A stretch of 64,000 bases of DNA from Opitutaceae bacterium (GTDB taxonomy: Bacteria > Verrucomicrobiota > Verrucomicrobiia > Opitutales > Coraliomargaritaceae), in NCBI GenBank assembly GCA_051252375.1, contig JBPOFY010000007.1, positions 32,001-96,000 on the forward strand, read 5' to 3'. Position 1 is the first letter of the stretch. Every line of letters begins with the position of its first letter. The notes under the pieces are model-generated. The model had not been told where the DNA came from. It did not search any database and saw only the letters and a list, made by a program, of their open reading frames with translations. A program made the translations under genes and the position numbers. This document shows positions 9,893-19,836 of the stretch, piece by piece.

Positions 9893-10561
9893 CTAGTTGT
9901 TGTTCGAATCGAGTAGTCCCGATTTGAAGGCCTTCGTCACCGCTGCAGGTGCATTCTGCACGTCGAGTTTTCCGTAAATGTTCTTTACGTATTCGGCAAC
10001 AGTATGCGCGGAAATGTCTAGCTTTTCGGCGATCTCTTTCTTGACCAGCCCCAAACTCAGTAGCTGCAATATGTCTAACTCGCGAGGGGTGAGTTTAATG
10101 TCAAATTCCGGCTTCGGCTGTTTTTTGTTCAGCGCCATGACCAAATATTTAGCGACATTCGCGTCCAGTGCAGCCCCGCCATTAAAGACCGCCTGAATAC
10201 TCTCAGTAATTTCCTTAATAGAGGATGATTTTAGAAGATAGCCTGCTGCGCCGGCTTGAATGGCTTTGATCACATCCGCTTCCATTTGGGATTGGGTGAG
10301 CATAATTATTTTTGCTTTTGGTGCGCATTGCTGAATGAGTGAGACTGCATCGACTCCATTCATACCAGGTAGTCTAATATCAAGTAGTATAACATCCACA
10401 CCTTCAGATATTGAGGGTTGGCGGAGTGAGTGCAGCGCTATCTCAGCCGCGCCAAACTGGGCGACTAGTTCCATGCCGACCTCTTCTGAGATCGCTAGTT
10501 CGATCACCTCGCGGTATTGTGGATTGTCTTCCACCAACATGACTCGGATTGATATATTCAT
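9893..10561 (-). CDS. NarL/LuxR-family DNA-binding response regulator
   Basis: Receiver (LVED, LLDIRLPGMNG, GYLLK) plus LuxR HTH (LTPRELDILQLL...KEIAEKLDISAHTV). Confidence 0.93.
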   Translation of the reverse strand: MNISIRVMLVEDNPQYREVIELAISEEVGMELVAQFGAAEIALHSLRQPSISEGVDVILLDIRLPGMNGVDAVSLIQQCAPKAKIIMLTQSQMEADVIKAIQAGAAGYLLKSSSIKEITESIQAVFNGGAALDANVAKYLVMALNKKQPKPEFDIKLTPRELDILQLLSLGLVKKEIAEKLDISAHTVAEYVKNIYGKLDVQNAPAAVTKAFKSGLLDSNNN

Positions 10562-10568
10562 TATATTA

Positions 10569-12659
10569 TTATTTTCGTAAAAATGCTCTGCGCAACCGAC
10601 TTCGTCTGCGTAGTTTTATAGTGATTTTTGTGCCGCCTCCTTCCGGGCGTGCCACATGTATTTTTGCTCGTAAGAGCTTTGCCCTACGTTCAAGTGAAGG
10701 AGGTGGCTTGTTTTGCGTGTCGTTAGGTAGACCCTTGCCGTTATCTTCGACGATGAGTTGAATGTTTTTCTGACTCGCAGTCAAGAATGTGCCCACCTTG
10801 GTCGCATCCGAGTGACGGCAAATATTGATCAGGCATTCTTGATACAGTAGCACTAGATCGTTATGGCGCAGTGGGCTTAATTGGCGGAGGTGTTCTTCGC
10901 CGACCACGTCAAACTCGTAGTCTAGACCAATCAAAATTCTCTCTGCAGTTCGTTTGAGTTCGTCCGGAAGGAATCTGTAAAGTTCGCTAGAAGTTTGAAT
11001 GTCCGTAACGTGACGTATGGTGCGATTCGTGCGCTCGGCGACTGATTGAATCCGTCCAGTTAGCTGGTTGATTTCGTCTGGGAGTTGCGCGGAACGCTTA
11101 GAAATGAGCTGGGAGGTTAGGTTGATCGTATGTAAGTTTGCACCGATCTCGTCGTGTAGATCTGCGGCGAATCGTTGCTTCACGTTGGCCAATTGACGTC
11201 GATGAATCTTACGCTCGACGTAAACGATGATGAAGATGCCAACTGTGAGTATGACAGCTAACCATATGAGCCATCGGAGTGTTTGTTTTTGCTTGGCATA
11301 TCGAAGTGCTAGTTCGGCTGTCACGAGTTCGCGTTCAAACTCCAAGTCATGGCGTTCCGATAATTGGGACATCCACTCGCGAATCGATAATATGGCACCG
11401 TAGAAGTTGCGCCCATCAGTGAGTACTCCCATTTCGCGCCCGGAGACGATATTTAGCCCAGTGAATGGCTTATTGATGGCAACATTCTCTCCCATCGAGA
11501 ACAACTCGATTTCGGCAAACCCAATCCAGAATAGATCTTGAGTATTGATTGCAATCGAGCCGTCCGGCTTTCCAGTTTGGGTGCTGGCACTCAATGGGCT
11601 GTTCAAACGGGGGATCTCGGAAACTGGATCCATACCCACGATACGGACATAACGACAAATTGTTTCAGGAAGCGACCACATCATAATAGGACCGTTTTCG
11701 TTTAGATTTTTTCGCTCGGCTTCGAGTAGTAATACGGCATCGGAAAAATCAGCCCGATTGGCACCTTCAATTTTTATATAATCAGGCATGCCGTAATCTC
11801 CAGCCAGAGCTGTTGGCACAGTGTCGCTGGTTTCCATCGCGTGAAAGTGGACTCGTGATAGTGGATACGAACCTTCCAAATCAATGATAAGGGCAGGGGG
11901 GGCAGTATATTTTCCGAGGTAGGCGTTACTTTGTTTACCTTGAGCAGCATCCATCAGAAAAGGGGTGTGCCCATCGGTCAGGTATTCTTTGCTCCAGGCT
12001 TCGTAGTTATCGCTTGAGTCAGAGGATGCTAAGACGCGCTGATGTAGCGCAACGTTTACATTGCCACTAAAAACCATCACCTCTGAAAGTTGCAGGCAAA
12101 ACTTACCGTCAAAGTCTCTGCGTGACATTTGCGTTGCCTCAATTTGTATCCAAGACGCAGAGGTCGGTTGTATTTTCAGTGCCAGTGGTGCAATTCTCGG
12201 GAGCATGCTTGAATCCGCATGGAAGGTGCCTACCAGTCGCCCCTGACGGTCATCATCTGTCCCCGCCCAGATGCGTAGCGCTTGTGGGAAAGCATCCGCA
12301 TGGAAGTCGGATTGCGCACTGCGGCTCAGCGCAGGAACCAGAATGACCTCATCAATTACGCGAGCTTCTTCAAGTTGGATTTCGACCCATTCTTGGGTGT
12401 CCGCGCCTGAATTGAAGCTCATCGATCGATAGCCGATCGAACCGCTACCGCTACGCAGACTTAAATGGGCCACTTCGTTCAGCCTAGATCCAATATCAGA
12501 GAGACGCTGCTCCAACTGCTCTAAGCTGTGTTCTTCGACTTTCACTCCTGCGCCATACAACCCTGTTGCGCTAGAGATGAACCCTGCGGTCAGAATCGGC
12601 AGTAGGGTGGTCAGTAGTTTTCGCATTATAAATAGGTGAATGCCTTGGAGTATGATCAT
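10569..12659 (-). CDS. Sensor histidine kinase (HisKA_3 type) with discoidin/F5-8C-like periplasmic domains
   Basis: Signal-like N-terminus (MRKLLTT...; the start may be this downstream Met), EWVEIQL, LSEVMVFS-NVAL, LTDG, IIDL, one TM helix, ADLHDEIGANL, ECLINICRHS, EDNGKG. Confidence 0.88.
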   Translation of the reverse strand: MIILQGIHLFIMRKLLTTLLPILTAGFISSATGLYGAGVKVEEHSLEQLEQRLSDIGSRLNEVAHLSLRSGSGSIGYRSMSFNSGADTQEWVEIQLEEARVIDEVILVPALSRSAQSDFHADAFPQALRIWAGTDDDRQGRLVGTFHADSSMLPRIAPLALKIQPTSASWIQIEATQMSRRDFDGKFCLQLSEVMVFSGNVNVALHQRVLASSDSSDNYEAWSKEYLTDGHTPFLMDAAQGKQSNAYLGKYTAPPALIIDLEGSYPLSRVHFHAMETSDTVPTALAGDYGMPDYIKIEGANRADFSDAVLLLEAERKNLNENGPIMMWSLPETICRYVRIVGMDPVSEIPRLNSPLSASTQTGKPDGSIAINTQDLFWIGFAEIELFSMGENVAINKPFTGLNIVSGREMGVLTDGRNFYGAILSIREWMSQLSERHDLEFERELVTAELALRYAKQKQTLRWLIWLAVILTVGIFIIVYVERKIHRRQLANVKQRFAADLHDEIGANLHTINLTSQLISKRSAQLPDEINQLTGRIQSVAERTNRTIRHVTDIQTSSELYRFLPDELKRTAERILIGLDYEFDVVGEEHLRQLSPLRHNDLVLLYQECLINICRHSDATKVGTFLTASQKNIQLIVEDNGKGLPNDTQNKPPPSLERRAKLLRAKIHVARPEGGGTKITIKLRRRSRLRRAFLRK

Positions 12660-12725
12660 CTAGAACAGTGAAAGTTTACAAAGTTGATGTGGCGTCAATC
12701 TTAGGGCAACCCTGTAGATGGATTC

Positions 12726-12776
12726 CTGCCCCCCTCATTTAGGGGGATAGGCAGCTAGGGCGATTTTTGATAGTAT
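12726..12776 (+). promoter_or_regulatory. C5-N7-G5 palindromic operator plus -10 box (copy 1)
   Basis: CTGCCCCCCTCATTTAGGGGGATAG; TAGTAT at 12771-12776; lies between the divergent kinase and the 12828 gene. Confidence 0.65.
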
Positions 12777-12827
12777 GAGTGGTTCATAATTTCCGAGATC
12801 TAGAAACCTGCTCCAGATAACTATTCC

Positions 12828-15800
12828 ATGAAGAAAATACACCTACTATATTTGTTGGCTCTTGTAGCCACTTCTACCCTTGGCTTCGGTCAGACTACTT
12901 ACACTTGGACTGGCGCCGTTGACGGCGAATGGACCACCGCTGGAAACTGGGATGCGAATGGCATTCCAGAAGATAATTATCCCGATGTCGCGGATCCAGA
13001 TTCCCTGGGACTCACCATGCCTGTGGGCAGCAAGATTGTCTTTAATGCGGCGACCGTGCCGACTTCTGGAATCCCAAAATTGGGAGGAGATTTGACCTTG
13101 AGCCGTGATACACCGAGGATCGAGCTTCTTCAGGGGGGAGCCATTGATTTTGTCGAGTACGCTGGTCGAGACGGTAGTATTTGGATCAACCCCGATAGTG
13201 CAGATCCTACAATGTTACTAGTGGGTGATGGCGTCGGTGGGGCGGGCGAAGTCGAATTATCGATCGGCTCTAAGGTGGCCAACCTCCAGCTGGCTCGTCA
13301 CAATAATAATATTTTCAGTTTCGTCGTCAATTCCGACGGCATCTTGAACTTCACTAGTGCCTCAGTTGACTACGGAGCGAATGCAGCCCGAGCGGCTAAG
13401 GTCACGATCGCTGGCGGTGAGGTGAATTTCAGTGGTGTGATTCAGGACATGACGGGCAATTCGAGTGCGGTGGTCGATTTCACAGCTATTGGAGGGGAGC
13501 TCACTGCAAGTTTCGGTGGAAATTTTGCAAATATCGCGGCCGTCCAAGCGAGCATCGGCGTCGATTTTATCGAATCGTATGGCGGGTCACTCCTTGCGGT
13601 CGACAACCTGGACGGCACCTTCACTGTGAGCGCGATTGCGTTACAGAATCCCATTAAATGGACTGGCACAGGTGGAGCCACTTGGGATCAATCGACCACT
13701 ACAAATTTTAGCACCAATGCAGCTGGCGGAACATTGACGGAGGATACATTCGCCAACGCCCTTGCTGGCAGCACCGAAATCGTGACTTTCGCGGATGAAT
13801 ACGAGCATGACACTGGCCCGACTGCAGTGACCCAGACCACGGTGAGCATCGATGCCGCTGGTGTCTCTGCTCCGGTCAATGGTATTGAATTTACCAACAA
13901 CAGCATCAGCTACGATGTCGGCACTGCCGGAACAACCGGAATCACTGGAGCTACCTCAGTCGCTATCAGTGGTGGCGGAACGGTGACTCTCTCGGGGCCC
14001 AACACCCATACCTCGCCCACGACGGTCACTGGCAGCAGCACACTAATCCTCTCCGACGAGCTGGCTTTGCAGAACTCGACCTTGAATACGGATATCGCTC
14101 CGGAATTCGACCAGTCGGTTGGCGGCAATGCCTTCACCCTTGGTGGACTCGATTCGAGCGCTAACATCGCTCTGGAAAACAACGCTGGCTCGCCCGCGGC
14201 TATCCTACTCACCGTCGGCAACAACGATTCGACCTCAACCTATTCGGGTATTCTGAGTGGAGCGGGCGGCCTCACGAAGGTCGGCACCGGCACCTTTAGT
14301 CTGAATGGACCGAATGGTGCCGCAAATTCGACCGTAGTCACTAACACCTATACGGGTGATACGATCATCAAGGAGGGGACCCTCATTGCTGGTCCAGGTA
14401 ATGGTGACATTGGCTTCAGTGCTGCGACTCAAGTCTATATTGGCGATACCAGCGGTGCTGCCGATGCCACTTTACAGTTCGACCAAAGTTCCTCCACTCT
14501 CTACCCGGACACGATCAACTACACCGTGCGAAGTGGTAACACTGGAACTATGAGCATCCGTGGTAGCGGCTTCCCTCAACTGATGGGTACCTTGACCTTG
14601 GGTAGCACTGGCTCTGACGGCAAGGGCGTCACGATGTCTATGGTTGGAAGTAATAACTGGAATCTAAGATTCCAGGGAGTCATTCAAGACCCATCGGGCA
14701 TGACGCCTGGCACTGGCGGTACCATCACCATCAACAGTGCGGCTGGTCGGTTTGTTTCGTTTGAGGCTGCCAATACCTACTCGGGTGACACCGTTGTAGA
14801 GTCTGGTAATTTCAGGACTATCAATGGTGGATCCTTGAGCTTCTATCCGACTACCAACACAAATACGAACCAGCTCAAGGGCGCCGCACCAAGCACAGGT
14901 GTTGTTACCTTGGATGGACCGATCACCATAGACCTCAGCAGTGCGGATACGACTGTAGGCAATACATGGCAACTGGTGAATGAAACTGATCTTGGTTCGG
15001 TGACCTATGGCGCGAACTTTGCGGTTAATAGCAAAAACTTAGGAGCCTTCACCGAGGTGAGTACGGGCGTCTGGTCTCTGACTGATGGCGCTGCTGACTG
15101 GATTTTCGAGGAAAGTACTGGCGTCCTTGTCCGTGGGGCTCCTACGAGCTATTGGACTGGCGATACTAACGGCACTTGGGATGCAGATAGCACAGCAAAC
15201 TTCTCTGACAACGCGCCTGCCGCCGCCCTCAATAGTGTGACCTTCGACGTCGCTACGGCCATTAATTCTTCCGTCACCTTCGCGGACACTTACTTCGACA
15301 GCGGCGCACCAATCGATGTCACTGAAGACAATGTGACGATCGCGGCAGGCGGTGTTTCCACTGGCACAGTGGTGTTCGAGAATACTACCGGTAATCTGAA
15401 TAGCGTCAGCTACAACATCGACGGTGCCGACGCAAATGGCATCACTGGATCTACAGCTGTGACTATCAGTGGTGGTGGAACGGTCACTCTCTCGAGCCCC
15501 AACACTCATAGCGGAATAACCACAGTCACAAGCGGTAGCCTGATCCTTGCGGACGAGCTAGCCTTGCAGAACTCGACGCTGAATACGGATACCACTTCGG
15601 TCTTCGACGAATCAGTTGGCGGCAATGCCTTCACTCTCGGTGGACTTGCTGGGACAGGGGGCGTCGCTCTGGAAAATAACGCGGGCTCACCTGCGAGTAT
15701 CCAACTCACCGTCGGCAACAACGATTCCAACACAGCCTATTCGGGAATCTTGAGCGGAGCAGGCAGTTTGATAAAGGTTGGCACTGGATCTTCTACTTTG

Positions 15801-17249
15801 AGTGGTGCCAATACGTTTAGCGGCGGCACGACCGTCAATGACGGCTTGCTCATTGTTGGTGATGACGGGGCACTTGGCTCTGGCGTAGTGGAGCTTGCGG
15901 GCGGCACTCTAACGAACGTTGGATCTCGATCCATCGCTAATGCCATCAACATCACCGGCACCTCGCGGATCGAATCGGCTAATAGTGCCAACTTTGCCCT
16001 CAGCGGTCTGGTGACTGGTGCTGGAACTCTAAATTTGGGTGGTAACGCTTCTGGTAATTCGACTGTCGTTATTGCTGACGATCTTTTGGGGTTCTCCGGA
16101 ACCGTGAACTATACAAATGCGAGTAATGGCAATAACGTGAATATCAATGGAGCTCTGGACACCACGGCCAAATTTACAATCAGCCAAGGCACAGGCACTG
16201 GACGGTATCTACGTTTTGCCCAAGATTCTACTATCGGTGAATTATCAGGCGCCGATGGCGCATTCATCATCAATACTGGCAAAACGTTGACCATCAATCA
16301 AAGCACGGACACGAGCTTTGGCGGTGTGATCGGCATCGGTTCAGCTGCTGGAGGAATCACAAAAGATGGCACGGGCTCGCTCACACTTACAGGTGCCAAT
16401 GTATTTACTGGCACAGCCACTGTCAGCGCGGGAACACTTAGCGCGGAGAATAACAGTGCGCTCGGCAACACGACCTCGGTCGTCGTGGATGGCGGCTACT
16501 TAGACGTGCGCGGTCTCTCAGCAGGCACGCTCACTCTCGGCACCGACGCGGATCTTGTGCTCTCATCCGGCACGATCGGTTTGGATCTCGGCACGAACGT
16601 CGACCAGATTGTAGGTAACGGTGCAGGTTCACAGTTCGACATTACCAGCGGCACACTTGAGCTCTTCCTGAACCCAGGCTTCGACTACAATAATACCTAC
16701 GCTGTGCTGTCGGGCTTCGGCGGAACCAACTCGGTCGCCGGCTTAAGCATCACCGGTTACGACACTGGCACTTACACGGCCACACTCGGCACGGATGGCG
16801 TTCTATCGTTTGCATTGAGTGGCTCACCGTTCGACACATGGGCGACGGGTAGTGAGACCTTCGATGGGGATGGCAATGGCGACGGCGTTCTAGATGGCTT
16901 GGCCTTCCTGCTTGGTGCGGCTGATCCCTCGACCGACGCCAACGCACTTCTCCCAACCGTCAGCGAAGACGGCAGCGGCAATCTCGTGCTGACATTCAGC
17001 ATGCTCAATGCCGCCAACCGTGGCACCGCGAGTCTCGCGACTCAGCACAGTAGCGACCTCGGCGCGACTGACGCCTGGGATGCAGCGGGTAATGAGGAAA
17101 CGGTTCCCGAGACAACTAGCACGGTTGGAGTGGTGAGTTTCAGCATCACGCCCAATGGCACACTCAATGATGTGATCGCGACGATCCCAGACACTGAGGG
17201 GGCAGCTGGTAAACTGTTCGGTCGTCTACTAGGAACTGAAGCACCCTAA
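12828..17249 (+). CDS. Large secreted autotransporter-associated beta-strand repeat protein with a non-PEP-CTERM Verrucomicrobia-type C-terminal domain
   Basis: Signal peptide; multiple LTKVGTG..NTYTG/NTFSG repeats; C-terminal FDTWA..DGDGNGDGVLDGLAFLLG..DP...KLFGRL; no recognisable beta-barrel. Confidence 0.85.
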   Translation: MKKIHLLYLLALVATSTLGFGQTTYTWTGAVDGEWTTAGNWDANGIPEDNYPDVADPDSLGLTMPVGSKIVFNAATVPTSGIPKLGGDLTLSRDTPRIELLQGGAIDFVEYAGRDGSIWINPDSADPTMLLVGDGVGGAGEVELSIGSKVANLQLARHNNNIFSFVVNSDGILNFTSASVDYGANAARAAKVTIAGGEVNFSGVIQDMTGNSSAVVDFTAIGGELTASFGGNFANIAAVQASIGVDFIESYGGSLLAVDNLDGTFTVSAIALQNPIKWTGTGGATWDQSTTTNFSTNAAGGTLTEDTFANALAGSTEIVTFADEYEHDTGPTAVTQTTVSIDAAGVSAPVNGIEFTNNSISYDVGTAGTTGITGATSVAISGGGTVTLSGPNTHTSPTTVTGSSTLILSDELALQNSTLNTDIAPEFDQSVGGNAFTLGGLDSSANIALENNAGSPAAILLTVGNNDSTSTYSGILSGAGGLTKVGTGTFSLNGPNGAANSTVVTNTYTGDTIIKEGTLIAGPGNGDIGFSAATQVYIGDTSGAADATLQFDQSSSTLYPDTINYTVRSGNTGTMSIRGSGFPQLMGTLTLGSTGSDGKGVTMSMVGSNNWNLRFQGVIQDPSGMTPGTGGTITINSAAGRFVSFEAANTYSGDTVVESGNFRTINGGSLSFYPTTNTNTNQLKGAAPSTGVVTLDGPITIDLSSADTTVGNTWQLVNETDLGSVTYGANFAVNSKNLGAFTEVSTGVWSLTDGAADWIFEESTGVLVRGAPTSYWTGDTNGTWDADSTANFSDNAPAAALNSVTFDVATAINSSVTFADTYFDSGAPIDVTEDNVTIAAGGVSTGTVVFENTTGNLNSVSYNIDGADANGITGSTAVTISGGGTVTLSSPNTHSGITTVTSGSLILADELALQNSTLNTDTTSVFDESVGGNAFTLGGLAGTGGVALENNAGSPASIQLTVGNNDSNTAYSGILSGAGSLIKVGTGSSTLSGANTFSGGTTVNDGLLIVGDDGALGSGVVELAGGTLTNVGSRSIANAINITGTSRIESANSANFALSGLVTGAGTLNLGGNASGNSTVVIADDLLGFSGTVNYTNASNGNNVNINGALDTTAKFTISQGTGTGRYLRFAQDSTIGELSGADGAFIINTGKTLTINQSTDTSFGGVIGIGSAAGGITKDGTGSLTLTGANVFTGTATVSAGTLSAENNSALGNTTSVVVDGGYLDVRGLSAGTLTLGTDADLVLSSGTIGLDLGTNVDQIVGNGAGSQFDITSGTLELFLNPGFDYNNTYAVLSGFGGTNSVAGLSITGYDTGTYTATLGTDGVLSFALSGSPFDTWATGSETFDGDGNGDGVLDGLAFLLGAADPSTDANALLPTVSEDGSGNLVLTFSMLNAANRGTASLATQHSSDLGATDAWDAAGNEETVPETTSTVGVVSFSITPNGTLNDVIATIPDTEGAAGKLFGRLLGTEAP
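13653..15790 (+). repeat. Dispersed internal duplication of a ~210-aa module in the 12828 gene (approx. 13653-14290 and 15147-15790)
   Basis: Near-identical stretches ISGGGTVTLS.PNTH, DELALQNSTLNTD, SVGGNAFTLGGL, ALENNAGSPA, LTVGNNDS...YSGILSGAG, also near-identical at DNA level. Confidence 0.85.
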
Positions 17250-17303
17250 TGCTGTGCCTTCGCATAGCAGCACTTTAATATAGAATATGGGTTCTATATG
17301 GGG

Positions 17304-17340
17304 AAAGGCCCTCGCTGGGAAACCGGCGGGGGTCTTTTAT
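17304..17340 (+). terminator. Intrinsic terminator
   Basis: AAAGGCCCTCGCTGG-gaaa-CCGGCGGGGGTCTTT followed by TAT (stem includes G-U pairs). Confidence 0.8.
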
Positions 17341-17379
17341 TTGTTTCTAACTTCAAAATTTTTGCCACTAACAATGGAA

Positions 17380-17426
17380 CCCCCTCATTTAGGGGGGTAG
17401 GCTAGATTGAGAAAAAAGTGTATTGT
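17380..17426 (+). promoter_or_regulatory. C5-N7-G5 palindromic operator plus -10 box (copy 2)
   Basis: CCCCCTCATTTAGGGGG is identical to 12730-12746; TATTGT at 17421-17426 sits at the same 24-nt gap. Confidence 0.7.
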
Positions 17427-17477
17427 GGAGCATTGTTACCAAGCGCAGATTTAAAGACCCTATTGCCCGAATAACTT

Positions 17478-19478
17478 ATGAATAAATTCATACTACCTCT
17501 ACTTTCAGCCTTTTCCGCTTTGACCGCAGTCAACGCCCAGACCAATTGGACGGGCGCGACTAATGGCACCTGGGATACAACGACCGATAACTGGACTGGT
17601 GGCATTGGCACTCTCTACACCAACGGTGACGCCGTTGAGTTTGGCGACACGGGCGGCGCGAACACCACTATTAGTATCACCTTGGCGGTGACTCCTGGTT
17701 CGGTCACGTTTACTGATAGCGGCGCAGGCACCAACGCCTACATTTTTAATACTTCGGCCATCAACGGCACCGGCGCCGTGACCCTCGGCAGCGGTTTCGG
17801 TGGATCCGTCCAGCTCAACGTGGCTAACGGCTACAGTGGCGGCACAATCGTCAATGATGGCACACTCATCATCGGCAATGGAGGTGCCCTTGGCTCTGGC
17901 ACGCTGACTCTGGCTGGTGGCGTGGTGAAGAGTAATACAACGATTTCCAATGCGATCAACGTTACCGGAACGGCAGACATCATCGGGACGGGAAACTCCA
18001 CCTATAACAGTGATATTACCGGTTCTGGAACGCTTAATTTTGGTGGCTCAGGTAATGGGCAGGCCGCAGCTACCGTATTTTTAGGAAATGGTGCACTGGA
18101 CGGCTTTACGGGCACGATTGTGCACGACAATGCTAACAATCTTAACAATTTAAGGATTCAAAATACAACCACAGCTGGAAAGCTGCATACAACGGGAGAT
18201 ACCACATCAAACAGGTTTGTGGGTATCGAAGGTTCAGTCGAGGTAAGTGAACTTTCCGGTGATGGGGGACAGCTCGGCACATGGACGACGGGTGCTGTGG
18301 GCGGAACATTAACAGTCAATCAAATCTCCGATACAACATATAGCGGTCATCTGGGAGCGGTTACGGCTACTAACAGAAACCTGAATATCGTTAAGTCGGG
18401 TTCTGGGTCTTTGACTTTGGATTTTGAGAATACATATACAGGCACGACGACGCTTAACGCAGGCACACTCGTTGCTGGTAATGATGCGGCCTTTAGCACC
18501 AGCGTAGTTACACTGGCTGGCGGCACGCTGACAAACACTGGAGCTCGATCCATCAGTAATGCCATCAACATCACAGGCATCGCGCAGATCGATGCTGCCA
18601 ATAGTGCCAACTTTACGCTCAGCGGTCCGGTGACTGGTGCCGGCACACTGAATCTGGGTGGTGTCGCGGATCGGAATGCGACCCTCACTATTTCCGACGA
18701 TCTTTCAGGGTTTTCCGGGACTGTGAATTACACGAATCATACAACTGGTAATAATGTGACCTTCTCATCTGCCATGGATACCACTGCGAAATTTTCTACC
18801 AGCTTCACTAGTAGTGGCCGTTATTTACGTTTTGCTTCTGGTGGAACCATCGGGGAACTGTCGGGCGACGGCCAGATCCTTATTAATAACGGGCAGACCT
18901 TGACTGTTAATCAGAGCACAGACAGCACCTATTCAGGAATCATCGGTGCGCATTCCACTGGTAGGGGAGCTCTCACTAAGGCGGGGACAGGCATACTCAG
19001 GCTTACTGGGGAGAATCTACATGAGGGCGCGACAACGGTCAGCGGCGGCACACTCATTGTGGATGGTTCCTTAGCAGCAGGGAGTGCAGTTTCTGTCGAT
19101 TCGGGTGCAGCAATCGGTGGTAGCGGCACAATCAGCGGTAATCTATTCTTAGCAGCAGGCGCTGAGTTCTTATTTAGCACAACCGAAACACTTGCAGTGG
19201 GTGGCACCTTGAGCTTTGGTGGTTTTAGCGTTGCCGATTTGGTTGGCTTAGACAGTAGCATCGCAGAGGGCACATATACCATTGTTGGCGGTTCTATTAA
19301 CACAGCAAATTTATCTAACCTCGGCTTCGCGAACGCGTTTGATTTGGGGGATGGTAAGTCCGCTTACTTCCAAGAGGGCAGTCTTCAACTCGTCGTCGTT
19401 CCGGAACCCGGCGCTTATGCCTTACTCGCGGGCCTGCTGGGTCTGAGCTATGTGATGGTTCGCCGTCGCGAAGTATAA
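17478..19478 (+). CDS. PEP-CTERM surface protein with autotransporter-associated beta-strand repeats
   Basis: Signal peptide; NGYSGGT/NTYTGTT repeats; C-terminal VPEPGAYALLAGLLGLSYVMVRRREV. Confidence 0.92.
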   Translation: MNKFILPLLSAFSALTAVNAQTNWTGATNGTWDTTTDNWTGGIGTLYTNGDAVEFGDTGGANTTISITLAVTPGSVTFTDSGAGTNAYIFNTSAINGTGAVTLGSGFGGSVQLNVANGYSGGTIVNDGTLIIGNGGALGSGTLTLAGGVVKSNTTISNAINVTGTADIIGTGNSTYNSDITGSGTLNFGGSGNGQAAATVFLGNGALDGFTGTIVHDNANNLNNLRIQNTTTAGKLHTTGDTTSNRFVGIEGSVEVSELSGDGGQLGTWTTGAVGGTLTVNQISDTTYSGHLGAVTATNRNLNIVKSGSGSLTLDFENTYTGTTTLNAGTLVAGNDAAFSTSVVTLAGGTLTNTGARSISNAINITGIAQIDAANSANFTLSGPVTGAGTLNLGGVADRNATLTISDDLSGFSGTVNYTNHTTGNNVTFSSAMDTTAKFSTSFTSSGRYLRFASGGTIGELSGDGQILINNGQTLTVNQSTDSTYSGIIGAHSTGRGALTKAGTGILRLTGENLHEGATTVSGGTLIVDGSLAAGSAVSVDSGAAIGGSGTISGNLFLAAGAEFLFSTTETLAVGGTLSFGGFSVADLVGLDSSIAEGTYTIVGGSINTANLSNLGFANAFDLGDGKSAYFQEGSLQLVVVPEPGAYALLAGLLGLSYVMVRRREV

Positions 19479-19512
19479 ATTTTATATAGAATGTAGGGTT
19501 CTATGTTAGGGG

Positions 19513-19550
19513 AGACCCCCGCTGGTAAACCGGCGGGGGTTCTTTTATTT
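19513..19550 (+). terminator. Intrinsic terminator, homologous to the one at 17304
   Basis: AGACCCCCGCTGG-taaa-CCGGCGGGGGTTCT followed by TTTATTT. Confidence 0.85.
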
Positions 19551-19694
19551 CTAATCCAATAGGACCGAACAATGCGACTAGTAGTATAATGTATTCACCT
19601 ATGGTCTATGGCTTTTCTCGGAATTTAATTACATTCTGAACTTTCGCTTTAGGAATATAAGCGCTTTTGTTCGCTACTGATTGCTTCTGTTTCC

Positions 19695-19741
19695 ATACCC
19701 TAAAGCAAGGGGTATCCTGATAGATTTCTTGCATGCATAAT
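19695..19741 (+). promoter_or_regulatory. Variant palindromic operator plus -10-like box (copy 3)
   Basis: ATACCCTAAAGCAAGGGGTAT (ACCCT-N7-GGGGT); CATAAT at 19736-19741. Confidence 0.5.
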
Positions 19742-19836
19742 TAGCAGATGTATCGTGCTGGAGTTGGTATTTCCATGGATTTGTTGTAATTATTCCATCC
19801 ATTGGACTTATACTGACTTTTTATTTACTTTACTCT

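Noticed and set aside
3016..19478. Calling the repeat proteins type V autotransporters
   Set aside because: There is no C-terminal beta-barrel or terminal aromatic motif; two end in PEP-CTERM and one in a different domain.
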